A stretch of DNA of 64,000 nt from Gemmatimonadota bacterium (lineage in GTDB: Bacteria; Gemmatimonadota; Gemmatimonadetes; Longimicrobiales; Gaopeijiaceae). Numbering within the stretch: position 1 is the first letter of the stretch; each line of letters starts with the position of its first letter. Both the position numbers and the translations under genes were made by a program. Of the stretch, positions 9,503 to 20,967 are shown piece by piece. Where the stretch lies: NCBI GenBank assembly GCA_034521595.1, contig JAXHMG010000003.1:2144001-2208000 (forward strand). Direction: 5' to 3'. The notes under the pieces were generated by a model. The model searched no databases, had not been told where the DNA came from, and was given only the letters and a program-made list of their open reading frames with translations.

Positions 9503-12460
9503 ATGTCATCGACCCATGTCCGAGACACTCGGAAGCACCCCTTCCGACCGCGCCGATCGTATGGCGTAGTCGGAACCATCGCGGCAGTCGCCGCGATGCT
9601 CGTCACGGTTCCCGCGGCCGCCCAGACCGGGCAGGTCACCGGAACCGTGACGAACGCGGCGTCGGGCGCCGTGGTCAGCGAAGCCCAGGTCTACCTCGTA
9701 GGCGAGGACCTCGGTGCGCTCAGCAGGAGCGACGGACGCTTCCTGCTCCTCAACGTTCCCGCCGGAACCCACGAGCTCAGAGCCGAGCGGATCGGGTTCG
9801 CGTCGACTACGGAAACCATCACCGTGACCGCGGGTGAGACCACCACGGTCGATTTCGCGCTCGCGTCCGAGGCGCTCGGGCTCGACGAGATCGTTGTGAC
9901 AGGCACCGCCGGCGCCTCCCGACGCCGTGAGATCGGTAACACCATCTCCCAGGTCAACGCCGACGATATCCCGGACGCTCCCGTCCAGGTATCGGACATG
10001 CTTCAGGGAAGCGCGCCCGGTCTCGACATCTACGGAGGCGGCGCGGCCGGCCAGGGTAAGACCGTGCGCCTGCGCGGAACGAATAGCGCTCTGCTCAACG
10101 AGCGCCCCATCGTCTACATCGACGGCGTCCGTATCCGGAGCCAACGGATTCCCGACGCGAACCCACCCGACCGCCGGGGCGGGCGAAGCGGCAACACCTC
10201 AGCGGACCCACTCGACCAGATCAACCCGAACGACATCGAGCGCATCGAGGTCATCAAGGGCTCGGCTGCGACGACGCTGTACGGCACCGAGGCCGCGGGC
10301 GGCGTGATCCAGGTGTTCACGAAGCAGGGAACCGGCGGAGCCCCCCAGTGGACCGCCGAGGTCGGGGGCGGAACGGAATGGAGCCGAGCCTTTGGCGTCG
10401 ACGGCTCCGGCGTTCCGCACAACAACATGGAGCACTGGTTGTGCACGGGCGTTTTCGAGTGCGGTCAGTTCGCGAACCAATCCTACGCCCAGGACTACTC
10501 GCTCTCCGTGCGCGGGGGGGCCGGTGGGGTCAACTACATGATCTCGGGTTCCTTCAGCGACGCTCAGGGGTTCATCACGAACGACACCCAGCAGCGGTAC
10601 ACCGCCACGTCGAACCTGAACTTCTCGCCGGCCGACGGGCTGCAGATCCAGTGGAACACGACGTACGGAAATCGCCTGTTGACGATGACGGCGCAGCAGA
10701 ACAACGCGCAGGGCATCACCCTGAACGCGTTCCGAGCCGAGCGGAACTACTTCGGCACCGGTGATCCGGAAGTGCTCAACGAGTTGATGGAACAGGACAT
10801 CAACGAGGACATCGAGCGCCTGACCACCGGCGCCACCATCACCTATTCGCCGGTCTCCGATCTCACGAACCGCTTCACCGTCGGGTACGATTGGACCGCC
10901 CGCGAGCACCGGAACCTTCGGCCGTATGCATGGGAGCAGGTGCCCGAAGGCGCGCTCCTGAACAACACCTTCCAGAACCGCGTGCTCTCGCTCGACTACG
11001 TGGGCACCTACAGCTTCTCGATCACCGACGCGATCGGAAGCAGCTTCTCGTGGGGCGGGCAAGCCGTCGGCAACGACGAACGCCTGCTCGAGGGCTTCGG
11101 AGAGAACTTCCCCGGAGCGGCCAATCCCACGCTCAACTCCGCGGCCACGGTCCAGTCCTTCGAGGAGCGTTCGAAGATCTGGAACGCGGGCTTCTTCTTC
11201 CAGAACGTCTTCGACGTCGCGGACAAGTACTTCATCACCGCCGGCCTCCGCGTCGACGGCAACAGCGCGTTCGGTGAAGGCTTCGGCCTGCAGGTGTACC
11301 CGAAGGTCAGCGGCTCGTGGATCGTCTCCGACGAGGACTTCTACCCGGACGTGGGTGAGTTCAAGCTACGGGCCGCCTTCGGGCAGTCCGGTCGCGCGCC
11401 GGGGCCGTTCGACCAGGTCCGCACGTGGTCACCCGAAGGACTGGCCGGAAACCCGGCCTTCGTGCCGGAGAACGTCGGCAACCCCGACATCGGCCCCGAG
11501 GTCACGACCGAGTTCGAAGGCGGGTTCGACGCCACGTGGTTCAACGACCGTCTCTCGACCTCCTTCACCTACTACAAGCAGGTCACGGAGGAAGCCCTCT
11601 TCAACGTGCCGCAGCTCCCCTCGAGCGGCTTCTCCAGCAGCCAGCTCACGAACATCGGGGAGCTCGAGAACGACGGCCTCGAGGTACAGGTCGACGCGAC
11701 GGTGCTCCAGACCGCCGACTGGACGGTGGACCTGGGCTTGAACGTCAGCACAAACGAGGGAATCATCACGGCGCTCGACGATCCGAGCCTGGAAACCAGT
11801 GACCGCAGGGTCGGCTACCCCATCCGTGCGGTGACCAACGAGAAGATCGCGAACCCGAACGAGCCCGCGAACTCGCTGGACGACGTCCGGTTCCTCCAGC
11901 CGGAGGATGCGGAGTGGCAGGGGACCGGCACGCAGCCGAACCAGTACCTGTACGGCTCGAACCTTCCCAAGACGTTCATCGATCCGTCCATCACCGTCCG
12001 CACGCCGGGAGGCGTCACTCTGGCGGCCCGGGGAGCCTACAGAGGCGGGTTCTACATGAACGAGAGCGTGTTCTCGATCGGGCGTAGCGTGCGCTCGCCG
12101 CTCTGCTTCCCCTACTACCAGAACCCTGAGGAATCGATCGACCTCCAGTCGGACATTCCGGCCCTCTGGTACGCGCGCTGCAACCCGGCCGACACCGAGG
12201 GCTACGTCTGGGACGCGAGCTACTTCAAGCTGCGGAGCGTGTCGGCCTCGATTCCGATGGACTTCGCGTTTCCCGAGCGGGTCAACAGCTCAGTGCTCAC
12301 GCTCGCGCTCAACAACTCCTACCTGTGGATGAAGGAGATGCCGTTCATGGATCCCGAGACGGCCTCCGACCCGAGCGGCGGTGCGCAGCAGGGCTACGAC
12401 TTCGAGGAGACGGTGCCACCACCGATTTCGCTCCGTATCTCCCTCCGGATCACCTTTTGA
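9503..12460 (+). CDS. SusC/RagA-like TonB-dependent receptor
   Basis: Signal peptide; carboxypeptidase-regulatory-like N-domain; LDEIVVTG TonB box; [35 protein letters not shown] plug motif; C-terminal Phe; GAGGAG RBS before ATG 9503. Confidence 0.92.
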   Translation: MSSTHVRDTRKHPFRPRRSYGVVGTIAAVAAMLVTVPAAAQTGQVTGTVTNAASGAVVSEAQVYLVGEDLGALSRSDGRFLLLNVPAGTHELRAERIGFASTTETITVTAGETTTVDFALASEALGLDEIVVTGTAGASRRREIGNTISQVNADDIPDAPVQVSDMLQGSAPGLDIYGGGAAGQGKTVRLRGTNSALLNERPIVYIDGVRIRSQRIPDANPPDRRGGRSGNTSADPLDQINPNDIERIEVIKGSAATTLYGTEAAGGVIQVFTKQGTGGAPQWTAEVGGGTEWSRAFGVDGSGVPHNNMEHWLCTGVFECGQFANQSYAQDYSLSVRGGAGGVNYMISGSFSDAQGFITNDTQQRYTATSNLNFSPADGLQIQWNTTYGNRLLTMTAQQNNAQGITLNAFRAERNYFGTGDPEVLNELMEQDINEDIERLTTGATITYSPVSDLTNRFTVGYDWTAREHRNLRPYAWEQVPEGALLNNTFQNRVLSLDYVGTYSFSITDAIGSSFSWGGQAVGNDERLLEGFGENFPGAANPTLNSAATVQSFEERSKIWNAGFFFQNVFDVADKYFITAGLRVDGNSAFGEGFGLQVYPKVSGSWIVSDEDFYPDVGEFKLRAAFGQSGRAPGPFDQVRTWSPEGLAGNPAFVPENVGNPDIGPEVTTEFEGGFDATWFNDRLSTSFTYYKQVTEEALFNVPQLPSSGFSSSQLTNIGELENDGLEVQVDATVLQTADWTVDLGLNVSTNEGIITALDDPSLETSDRRVGYPIRAVTNEKIANPNEPANSLDDVRFLQPEDAEWQGTGTQPNQYLYGSNLPKTFIDPSITVRTPGGVTLAARGAYRGGFYMNESVFSIGRSVRSPLCFPYYQNPEESIDLQSDIPALWYARCNPADTEGYVWDASYFKLRSVSASIPMDFAFPERVNSSVLTLALNNSYLWMKEMPFMDPETASDPSGGAQQGYDFEETVPPPISLRISLRITF

Positions 12461-12474
12461 GTGGGCGCGATATC

Positions 12475-13923
12475 ATGAAACGGCAAGAAACAGTCAAGAC
12501 GAGACACCGCGTCCGGACCGGGGCCATGCTCATCATGGGCGTAGCGCTCACGACCGGGTGCGAAGTGACGAACCCCGGCCCCATCGAGGAAGAGTTTCTC
12601 ATTGAACCGGAGTCACGAGAGGGCCTCGTGAACGGCTCCCAGCGGCAGCTCGTGGTCGCGCTCGCCGGACCGGGCGGCATGGCCCGAAGCGGCGCGCTCG
12701 TGGCGCGCGAGATCACACCCGGGGGCCAGACCGGCTCCCACGGCCACGACGTGATCGAGCAAGCCGGACACATTCTTCCGGGTGAGGGGGGCGAGTTCGA
12801 CGAGCTCCAGGAGGCCCGCTTCATCGCGGAAACGGGGATCAACCTCTTCGAAGGCGAGGATGTCGACCCCGACCTCGTCGCCATGGCCAACATCTGGGCC
12901 GGCTTCTCGAACCGTGCGCTCGGGGAGCACTACTGCCAGGGCACGATCGACGGCAGCCCACCGTTCGACGCCACGGAGTATCTGACGCGCGCGGAGGGTC
13001 AGTTCACGGCCGCGATCAACGCGGCGTCCGACCCCGAGGTGCAGACGATCGCGCGAGCGGGGCGCGCGCAGGTGCGCGCGTTCCTGGCGACGTACGGAAT
13101 GAGCAATTGGTCCGACGCCGCCTCCGACGCGAGTGGCGTTCCCAACGGATTCACGTTCGAAGCCGACATGGACGGGAACAACTCGACCACGCGCAACTCG
13201 CTGTACTGGGCCATCGCCGGCACGCCGTACGGCTCGTACAGCATGTGGGCCTCGTACTACGGGAACGAGCCCGACCTGACGCAGCCGCAGCCTCACGACG
13301 AGGACGGTGGCTTCGGTCACCCGATCGAGGGCACGGGATACTTCGAGGAGTACGGCGATCCCCGGGTCGAGTGGACGACCGACCAACAGTTCTGGTCGGT
13401 CGGAGCGCTCGATGGATACGGTCAGGTCTACCGTCACATCCCGACGAAGTACACCAGCCAGAGCGACCCCTTCCCGTTGGCGGAGGGTCGGGAGATGCGG
13501 CTCATCGAGGCCGAGGCAGAGCTCGCGGCCGGTAATTACGAGGATGCTGTCGACATCATCAACGAGATGCGGGAGACGATCGAGACGGTCGAGACGATGA
13601 ACGTCGACGCCGGTGAAACGCTGGCTCCGTGGCCTGATCCCGCGAACGAAGACGAAGCGTGGATGCGCCTCAAGCGTGAGCGCGCGATCGAGCTCTTCTG
13701 GGAAGCCCGCACCATGGGCGACCAGCGTCGCTGGGCCCAGAACGACGTTCCGGGCGACCTCCAGCTGCCGAATTGGGAGGCCCTCTCGGACCTCTTCATC
13801 ACATGGCCGCGTGGCCTGGATCCCGTGGAATCGAACATTCCGGGTTACACGGAGCGTCAGCTCTGCTACGACATCCCGAACGACGAGCGGGAGCTGAACG
13901 AGAACATGGAGGAAGTCGGATAA
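12475..13923 (+). CDS. SusD/RagB-like outer-membrane lipoprotein
   Basis: Lipobox [47 protein letters not shown]; follows the SusC-like gene. Confidence 0.88.
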   Translation: MKRQETVKTRHRVRTGAMLIMGVALTTGCEVTNPGPIEEEFLIEPESREGLVNGSQRQLVVALAGPGGMARSGALVAREITPGGQTGSHGHDVIEQAGHILPGEGGEFDELQEARFIAETGINLFEGEDVDPDLVAMANIWAGFSNRALGEHYCQGTIDGSPPFDATEYLTRAEGQFTAAINAASDPEVQTIARAGRAQVRAFLATYGMSNWSDAASDASGVPNGFTFEADMDGNNSTTRNSLYWAIAGTPYGSYSMWASYYGNEPDLTQPQPHDEDGGFGHPIEGTGYFEEYGDPRVEWTTDQQFWSVGALDGYGQVYRHIPTKYTSQSDPFPLAEGREMRLIEAEAELAAGNYEDAVDIINEMRETIETVETMNVDAGETLAPWPDPANEDEAWMRLKRERAIELFWEARTMGDQRRWAQNDVPGDLQLPNWEALSDLFITWPRGLDPVESNIPGYTERQLCYDIPNDERELNENMEEVG

Positions 13924-13963
13924 CCACCTAAGCCCGGGTCGCCTGACGCGACACCGGTGAACC

Positions 13964-14005
13964 AAAGAGGGGCCGCACCCGGATCCGGGTGCGGCCCCTC
14001 TTTTT
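13964..14005. terminator. Intrinsic terminator, probably bidirectional
   Basis: aaagaggggccgcacccgg-at-ccgggtgcggcccctcttttt between convergent genes. Confidence 0.9.
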
Positions 14006-15827
14006 ATTGCTGCGCCGCCATCCCGCGCAGCGTCTCCGCGAGCCGTGACAGCTTCTCGGCATCGCCGCCGAGCTGCGCCGTGCGCACCGCCTCCGCGTCA
14101 GCCTCGAGCGCCGCGGCCACCTCGTTCAGCCTGGCGGCCGACGCGCTTCCGTCGAGCGCCTCCTCGACCTGGCGGGCCCGCTCGTCGAGAATGCGCTTCT
14201 CACGCACGAGCTGCTCCAGATACGCCCGGGCCACCGGCTCCGCGGCCGGCCAGGTGAACTTGGGCTGCATCTGCGCGTTGAACTCGTCGACCGTCGCGAG
14301 CTTCGCCGCTTCGACCTCGGCTTCGGACAGGTGCTCGCTCGGCACGATTTCGAAGACGTCGATCCCGCGGGAGATCTCGGCGCCGTAGATGGCCCCGTTG
14401 TACCAGTACGTCGACCAGTAACCACCGGTGAAGAGCTGCTCGTCGCTCAGCGGGCCACGGTCGAAGTAGGCGATCTCGTACGGATTCTCGGGGTCGGTGA
14501 AGTCGAGCACCGACACCCCACCCTGGTACCAGGCCTGGACCATGATGTCGCGGCCGGGCACCGGAATGAGCGAGCCGTTGTGCGCCACGCAGTTCTCCAT
14601 CTCGCTCTGGGGCACGGGCAGCTTGTAGTACCCGGCCAGATCGAGCTCCCCGTCGACGAGGCGGAAGATGGCGTTCGCACCCCACGTGTCCGGATCGGTG
14701 GCGCGGCAGCGGGGCGCGGAGCCTCCGCCCCACTCGTCCGTGAAGAGGACCTTGGTCGCGTCGTTGTTGAACGTGGCGGAGTGCCAGTAGGCGAAGTTCG
14801 GGTCGATCACCTCGTGCACACGCGTCGGGTTCACCGGATCCGTGATGTCGAGGAGGATGCCGTTTCCGGAGCACGCGCCCGCGGCGAGTCCGATCTCCGG
14901 ATACGCCGTGATGTCGTGGCACTGGTTGGTGCGGCGCGACGCCTGCGTGCCCGGGCCGTGATCGCCACCCGACCAGAGGCCGGCGATCTCCCCCGTCTCC
15001 GCGTCCGCGAAGATGCGGGGCATGTTCACGATCTCGGCCTCGTCGGGCGCGTCGAGGGGTACGCGCACGACCTCGATGCGGAAGAGCGCCGTGTTCTCGT
15101 CCTCCTCGGGCTCCGCGGCGGTGCATCCCGGAAGTTCGTCGGCGGGCCGTACGCTGCCGGTGCCCTGAATGTAGATGTAGATGTGCTCGGGGTCGTTCGG
15201 ATCCTCGACCAGAGTATGCGTGTGCGAGCCGCGGCAGGACTGTACGGCCGCTACCTGGCGGGGATCGGAGAGGTCGGAGATGTCGAAGATGCGCACGCCC
15301 AGCATCCGCACCTCGCTCACCGTCTCCTCGACCCCCTCGGTCCCACAATCGAGCCGCCCCCGATTCTCCTGGGCCGACATGACGAGGAGGTCACCGAGCA
15401 CGGAGACGTCACCCTGGCCTCCGGGGCAAACCACCGCCACTTCGAGCTCGGGATTCGCGGGGTCCGAGATATCGAAGACCTGGAAGCCGTTGTAGTTGCC
15501 CTGGAAGAGACGGTCGCCCTGAAACGCCACGTCGGTGTTGTTGAACCGTCCGTCCCCGGGCGTCTCGGGATTGCGGAAATCGTCCGGCCGCTCGAGGCTC
15601 GTCACGAGCTCCATGTTCCAGATCGCCTGCTCGGCATCCAACCAGCCGGCGCCGAGGTCGATCCTGGGATCGTTCGGATCCCATGTCATGCGCGGCTCGT
15701 TCGACTGCATCGCCTGCGCGTCCAGGGAAGCGCCGGGCACGGCGATGGTGAGCAGAAGCAAAGCCGCGACGAACGGCCAGCCCGCGCCTCCACGGATCCG
15801 GAGTGGGTGTGCAAAGGGTCGTCTCAT
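14004..15827 (-). CDS. LVIVD-repeat secreted protein
   Basis: Signal peptide; NTDVAFQG..GNYNGFQVFDISDP; CPGGQGDVSV; QSCRGSHTHT; CHDIT; YWHSATFNND; NCVAHNGS; QAWYQGG; YWSTYWYNG. Confidence 0.88.
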   Translation of the reverse strand: MRRPFAHPLRIRGGAGWPFVAALLLLTIAVPGASLDAQAMQSNEPRMTWDPNDPRIDLGAGWLDAEQAIWNMELVTSLERPDDFRNPETPGDGRFNNTDVAFQGDRLFQGNYNGFQVFDISDPANPELEVAVVCPGGQGDVSVLGDLLVMSAQENRGRLDCGTEGVEETVSEVRMLGVRIFDISDLSDPRQVAAVQSCRGSHTHTLVEDPNDPEHIYIYIQGTGSVRPADELPGCTAAEPEEDENTALFRIEVVRVPLDAPDEAEIVNMPRIFADAETGEIAGLWSGGDHGPGTQASRRTNQCHDITAYPEIGLAAGACSGNGILLDITDPVNPTRVHEVIDPNFAYWHSATFNNDATKVLFTDEWGGGSAPRCRATDPDTWGANAIFRLVDGELDLAGYYKLPVPQSEMENCVAHNGSLIPVPGRDIMVQAWYQGGVSVLDFTDPENPYEIAYFDRGPLSDEQLFTGGYWSTYWYNGAIYGAEISRGIDVFEIVPSEHLSEAEVEAAKLATVDEFNAQMQPKFTWPAAEPVARAYLEQLVREKRILDERARQVEEALDGSASAARLNEVAAALEADAEAVRTAQLGGDAEKLSRLAETLRGMAAQQ

Positions 15828-15904
15828 GGTGATCCTCGTGTGCTCGTGTGGTAAACGGCGGATGGAAGTGAGCGTGTTGCTACGGGTGGTGCCGGTGGAA
15901 GCGG

Positions 15905-16663
15905 CTACCGCCACGCTTCGAGAACCTCCTGCATGCGGCGGATCTCGATCGTTTGGTCGGCGTCGATCTCGCTGGCGAACAGATAGACGGTCGATTCCTG
16001 GGCGGCACCGGCCGAGTTGTACAGGTCCATGACCATGGTGAGCGCCCCCTGATGGTGTTGGATCATCAGCTCGAGGAAAAGCTGGTCGAACGCACGGCCC
16101 TCGGCGTCCTCGAGACGCTCCATCTGCTCGGGGGTGAGCATGCCGGGCATCATGTCCCCGTGATCCATGTCGGCATGGTCCGCCCCCTGGTGAGCGGCCC
16201 GTCCGGTCTCGGCGACTTGCTGCCAGTCCGGCACCTCGAGATCACGCTCGCGCAGCCAGCGTTCCATGATGCCGATCTCGTCCGCCTGAGAGATCTCCAT
16301 GCGCAGACCCATCTGGTGGACCGCCCGTGTGTCCGTGCGCTCCGGGATGAGCGCCGTCATCGCCAGGGCTTGCGCGTGGTGGGTGATCATGCCCTGCATG
16401 AAGTCCACATCCGCCTGGGTATGCTCGGTTCCTTCCACCTCGTCGAGCGAGGCGCCCTCGTAGGCCCGCGACGGCTCCCCGGGCGCGCCGGCCTGCACGA
16501 CGCGGGGCCCGCCGGAGGGTGTGGCGGGCTCGCCGGCGGACGTCGACGTCGCCGGACCGCCACAGGCCAGAGACGAGAGAAGCACGCCACCGGCCAGCCC
16601 CGCGCGAGTCAGTCGGGCTGCGGTCCGGCGGGCGGAGGACTGTTGGGACTCCTGCTTGATCAC
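15905..16663 (-). CDS. DUF305 (ferritin-like) domain lipoprotein
   Basis: AGGAGG before GTG 16663; lipobox SLAC; ADVDFMQGMITHHAQALAM; MPGMLTPEQM..L..AEG..FD.LFLELMIQHHQGALTM. Confidence 0.88.
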   Translation of the reverse strand: MIKQESQQSSARRTAARLTRAGLAGGVLLSSLACGGPATSTSAGEPATPSGGPRVVQAGAPGEPSRAYEGASLDEVEGTEHTQADVDFMQGMITHHAQALAMTALIPERTDTRAVHQMGLRMEISQADEIGIMERWLRERDLEVPDWQQVAETGRAAHQGADHADMDHGDMMPGMLTPEQMERLEDAEGRAFDQLFLELMIQHHQGALTMVMDLYNSAGAAQESTVYLFASEIDADQTIEIRRMQEVLEAWR

Positions 16664-16862
16664 GGCGACCTCCTGCGATGGGCGATGGGGTGACCCATGA
16701 AGATAAGTCGGAACCTCGCCTGACGCAGAATGGACTTTCGTCGAAGCGGGCGACCGGTCGCATGAAGGACTCCCCACCAACGAGTGCACGGAGCGGATCC
16801 CCTCGTGCCACAGGATGTAGAAGGGTTCGAGAGCCTGCAGACCATAGCCGACGGGGTGGGTA

Positions 16863-17771
16863 ATGTCTGACGCCTCGCTCATCTGGTCCCCTCGCTACGA
16901 GGTGGACATCGGCGCGCACGTCTTCCCGACACGCAAGTACCGGCTCGTGCGCGACCGCCTGATCGAGGGCGGCACGGTGGCGCCGGACACCTTCACCGCT
17001 CCCGAACCGGTCGACGACGAGACCCTCGGGCTCGCGCACACGCCGGAGTACCTGCGGAAGATCGCCGAGGACGACTTCTCCACGGCCGAACGGCTGCAGC
17101 TCGAGGTCCCGTTCTCACCCGAGCTCGCCGACGCCATGCGCCTCTGCTGCGGGGGCACGGTGCTCGCCGCTCACCGCGCTTTGGAGCAAGGGGTCGCCGT
17201 CCACCTCGGTGGGGGGTTCCACCATGCGTTCGCCGATCACGGCGAGGGCTTCTGCCTGCTCAACGACATCGCCGTGGCCACCTTGGCCCTCCTCGAGGCC
17301 GGCCCGGCACGTAGGGTGACGGTCGTCGACCTCGACGTGCACCACGGCAACGGGACGGCCGCGATCCTCGCGGGGCACGACCGCGTGACGACCTTCTCCA
17401 TGCACCAGGAGAACAACTATCCGGCGGTCAAGCCACCGTCCGACCTGGACGTCGGGCTGCCGGACCGCATCGAGGACGACGCGTACCTCGACCTCCTCGG
17501 CCGGCACCTCCCCCGCGTGCTCGAGCCCGCGCCCGACCTGATCCTGTACCTCGCCGGGGCGGATCCGTACCGGGAAGACGTCCTGGGAGGTCTCTCGCTC
17601 AGCATGGAGGGGCTCAGGACGCGGGATCGCGTGGTGTTGGAGTCGGCCCACCGGGTGGGCGCGGGCATCGCGGTCACGCTCGCCGGTGGCTACGCCCAGC
17701 ACACCGACGACACGGTCGCGATCCACGCCGCGACGGTGGACGAAGCCGTCAGCGCGGCCTCGCGCGCCTGA
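16863..17771 (+). CDS. Histone deacetylase family protein
   Basis: HVFP..KY; GGGFHHA..GEGFCLLNDIA; VDLDVHHGNGT; AGADPY.ED.LG; LAGGY. Confidence 0.93.
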   Translation: MSDASLIWSPRYEVDIGAHVFPTRKYRLVRDRLIEGGTVAPDTFTAPEPVDDETLGLAHTPEYLRKIAEDDFSTAERLQLEVPFSPELADAMRLCCGGTVLAAHRALEQGVAVHLGGGFHHAFADHGEGFCLLNDIAVATLALLEAGPARRVTVVDLDVHHGNGTAAILAGHDRVTTFSMHQENNYPAVKPPSDLDVGLPDRIEDDAYLDLLGRHLPRVLEPAPDLILYLAGADPYREDVLGGLSLSMEGLRTRDRVVLESAHRVGAGIAVTLAGGYAQHTDDTVAIHAATVDEAVSAASRA

Positions 17772-17774
17772 GGC

Positions 17775-19190
17775 TCAGGCCGGCACGTGGCTTCCCGGTT
17801 CCGTGCACTCCGACAAGTCGGACGCACTGCCGCCCGGCACCTCTCGCGCGAGGTCACGCAGCGCCCCGCGCAGGCCTTCCTCGAGCACGGGGTGATAGAA
17901 CGGCATCCCGAGCAGCTCGTGCACCGTCAACTCCCGGTGCATCGCGAGCGCCAGGAGGTGGGCCATGTGCTCCGCATCCGGCACGCACATCTCGGCTCCC
18001 GTCAGACGCCCCGAGTCCTTGTCCGCGTAGATCCGCATCAGCCCTTCCGCGCGCTCGGCGGTTCTAGCGCGAGCCTGCTTGGTGAAGTCGGCCGCGCCGA
18101 CCGCGATCGTGTCCGGATCCAGGTCGCTCCACGCCGTGCCCACCCGGGCGACTCCCGGTGACGAGAACACCACGGCCAGCGCGGTGCGCCGGCAATACGC
18201 GGTGGGCGCCTCGGCCGTCGCGTTCCGACCGGCGATGTGCCCCTCGTCGGCCGCTTCATGCAGGATGGCCGCCTGTCCGTTCGCGTCACCCACCAACCAC
18301 ACCGGCAAATCCCCGATCTGCAGGGTCGAGGGGTCGACCGGGGGCATCCCCTTCTCGTCGAGCTCGACCCCGAGCGTGTCGAGGCCGAAGTCGTCGATGT
18401 TCGGCCGGCGCCCCATCGCGGCCAGCACGGCATCCGCCGTGAAGCTTCCCGCGGCGCCGGTGACCGCGATGCCGCCGTCCACCTCGGACAACTCGGCGGG
18501 AGCGCCCAGATGAACGGGGAATTCGCGGCCCAGTGCCTCGCGGAACGCAGCACTCACCTCGGGATCACTCAGCCCGGCCAGCGATTCGAGCGCATCGAAG
18601 CCCGCCACCTCCACCCCCAGCCGCGACAACGCCTGGGCCATCTCCACGCCAACGGCCCCCAGGCCCACGACCGCCACGCGGCCCGGCAGGTCGGGCTGCT
18701 CGAACAAGCTGTCCGTGGTCAAAATCCGGTCACCGAAGCGCGCCCACGCGCCCGGCACCACCGGGCGGCTGCCGGGCGCCAGGATGATCCGACGGGCGGT
18801 GAGCTCGCGTCCCTCCACCACCACGCGATCCGGTCCGAGGAGGCGTGCACGGCCCGACACCGCTCGCTCGCCGAGCTCACCGGGCACGGATTCCGGACCC
18901 TTCACGAACCCGTCACGGAGCCTGCGGACACGCTCCAGAACAGAGGGGATATCGACCGTGACGCTCTCGGCCCCGCCGATCCCGAAGGCCGCGAAATCGT
19001 GCCGGCGGTGGAACGCATTCGCGGCCTCGATCAGGGCTTTCGACGGCATGCAGCCCCGCGCCGCGCAGGTCGTCCCCCAATCCCCTTCGTTGATCACCAG
19101 GAAATCGTCCGTGGCCTTCCGCACTTCCCGCAGTGCCGAGAGCCCGGCGGTACCGGATCCGATGATGATGACGTCCGCGTGGTCTTTCAT
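17775..19190 (-). CDS. Dihydrolipoyl dehydrogenase-like flavoprotein disulfide reductase
   Basis: GSGTAG FAD motif; GTTCAARGCMPSK redox disulfide; GLGAVGVE; C-terminal YHPVLEEG. Confidence 0.9.
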   Translation of the reverse strand: MKDHADVIIIGSGTAGLSALREVRKATDDFLVINEGDWGTTCAARGCMPSKALIEAANAFHRRHDFAAFGIGGAESVTVDIPSVLERVRRLRDGFVKGPESVPGELGERAVSGRARLLGPDRVVVEGRELTARRIILAPGSRPVVPGAWARFGDRILTTDSLFEQPDLPGRVAVVGLGAVGVEMAQALSRLGVEVAGFDALESLAGLSDPEVSAAFREALGREFPVHLGAPAELSEVDGGIAVTGAAGSFTADAVLAAMGRRPNIDDFGLDTLGVELDEKGMPPVDPSTLQIGDLPVWLVGDANGQAAILHEAADEGHIAGRNATAEAPTAYCRRTALAVVFSSPGVARVGTAWSDLDPDTIAVGAADFTKQARARTAERAEGLMRIYADKDSGRLTGAEMCVPDAEHMAHLLALAMHRELTVHELLGMPFYHPVLEEGLRGALRDLAREVPGGSASDLSECTEPGSHVPA

Positions 19191-19330
19191 GGCTCGAACA
19201 CAGCTCCCTTGGTAATCGGTGCTTCAAAAGCTTCTGCGCGCCGGCCCGCCGGCCTGCCCGCGTTGTCGCCCCACAAGTCCTCTTTTAGCTTGCACTTGAG
19301 CTGTTTCCATCTGCAAGGGATAGCCTCGGG

Positions 19331-20954
19331 ATGGATGAACAATCCCACGAGCCGGAAGAGCCGGAACGCAGCAAAATAGAGGGTGAGACCGTCTACCTGA
19401 CGGCTCAGCTCGAGACGCGGACCCGTTTCGAGATCCGCCCACAGGTGTTCGTCCCGGCCGCGTTCATCGTCGTGGTCTTCGCTCTCCTCGGAGCGGTGTT
19501 TCCCGATACGCTCGCCGAGGCGTTCGCGGCGCTCCAGGGATCGATCGTCGAGGGGCTCGGTTGGTTCTACAAGCTGGCCGTGAGCGTCTTCCTCGTGTTC
19601 GTCGTCTGGCTCGCGTTGAGCCGCCACGGCAAGAAGCGACTGGGGCCCGACGACGCACGTCCCGATTTCGGCGTGTTCTCGTGGTTCGCGATGCTCTTCA
19701 GCGCGGGCATGGGCATCGGTCTCCTCTTCTTCAGCGTCGCCGAGCCGATCTCTCACTTCGGGGTCAGCCCGCCTCCCGGAGCGCCGGCCGAAGCCGGTAC
19801 GCCGGAAGCCGCCCAGCACGCGATGACCATCACGTTCTTCCACTGGGGTCTCCACGCGTGGGCGATCTACATCGTGGTCGGTCTCGCACTCTGCTACTTC
19901 GCGTACCGACGCGGGCTGCCCCTCGCGCTGCGTTCCGCCTTCCACCCGCTCCTGGGCGACCGCATCTACGGTTGGGGCGGCGACGCGATCGACGTGCTGG
20001 CCATCGTCGGCACCCTCTTCGGCGTGGCGACCTCGCTCGGCATCGGAGCCATCCAGATCAGCGCCGGAATCGGGTTCCTCTCCGGAATCGAAGCGGGGCT
20101 CGGATGGCAGCTCAGCCTGGTCGCCGTCATCACGGTCATCGCCACCGGCTCGGTCGTGTCCGGGCTCGATCGGGGCATCCGTCGCTTGAGCCTGCTCAAC
20201 GTGGTGCTCTCCGGGCTGCTCACGCTCTTCGTGCTGGTGGCGGGCCCGACCGTGTTCATCCTGGACGGGCTCGTGCACAGCCTGGGAGACTACGCGGTGC
20301 AGGTCGCCGGGCTCTCCCTCGAGACCTACCCGTTCGCCACCGGCGATTGGGAGGCGCTCTGGACGCTCTTCTACTGGGGATGGTGGGTCTCGTGGTCTCC
20401 GTTCGTGGGGATGTTCATCGCACGGATCTCGCGCGGCCGCACGATCCGCGAGTTCATCACCGGCGTGCTCCTGGCGCCGACGGTGGTCACGTTCATCTTC
20501 CTGGCGGTGTTCGGGTGGGCCGCCTTCGACGCCGACATGGCGGGCTCCGGGAGCATCACGGCCGCCGTGGAAGCCAACCCCGACGTGGCGCTCTTCGCGC
20601 TCCTCGACGGTCTGCCCGATCGCCGAGCTCACCTCCCTGCTCGCGATCTTCGCCATCACGGTCTTCTTCGTCACGTCGTCGGACTCCGGATCCCTCGTCG
20701 ACGACATCCACGCTTCAGGGGGCAACGTGGAGCCGCATCAAGCGACTCGCATCTTCTGGGCGCTCATGGAAGGGGCCGTGGCCGCCACCCTCCTGGCCGC
20801 CGGAGGGGCGACCGGTCTCGACGCACTCCAGCAAGCGTCCATCGCGACCGGGGTGCCGCTGGCCATCCTCATTCTGGGCGCGTGTTGGGCGCTGGTGCGC
20901 GCGTTCCGGCTGGAGGAGGAGGATCCTTCATTGATCGTGGCGTCGGACGATTGA
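19331..20954 (+). pseudogene. BCCT (betaine/choline/carnitine) transporter with a frameshift near 20618
   Basis: SWFAMLFSAGMGIGLLFFSVAEP; HWGLHAWAIY; WTLFYWGWWVSWSPFVGMFIARISRGRTIREF. After DGLP the conserved tail IAELTSLLAIFAITVFFVTSSDSGSLV..RIFW..ALQQASI continues in the +1 frame to the stop at 20954. Confidence 0.85.
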
Positions 20955-20967
20955 GGGCGGCCCCATA

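Noticed and set aside
20605-20630. Programmed frameshift in the BCCT gene
   Set aside because: No slippery heptamer or homopolymer run at the site.
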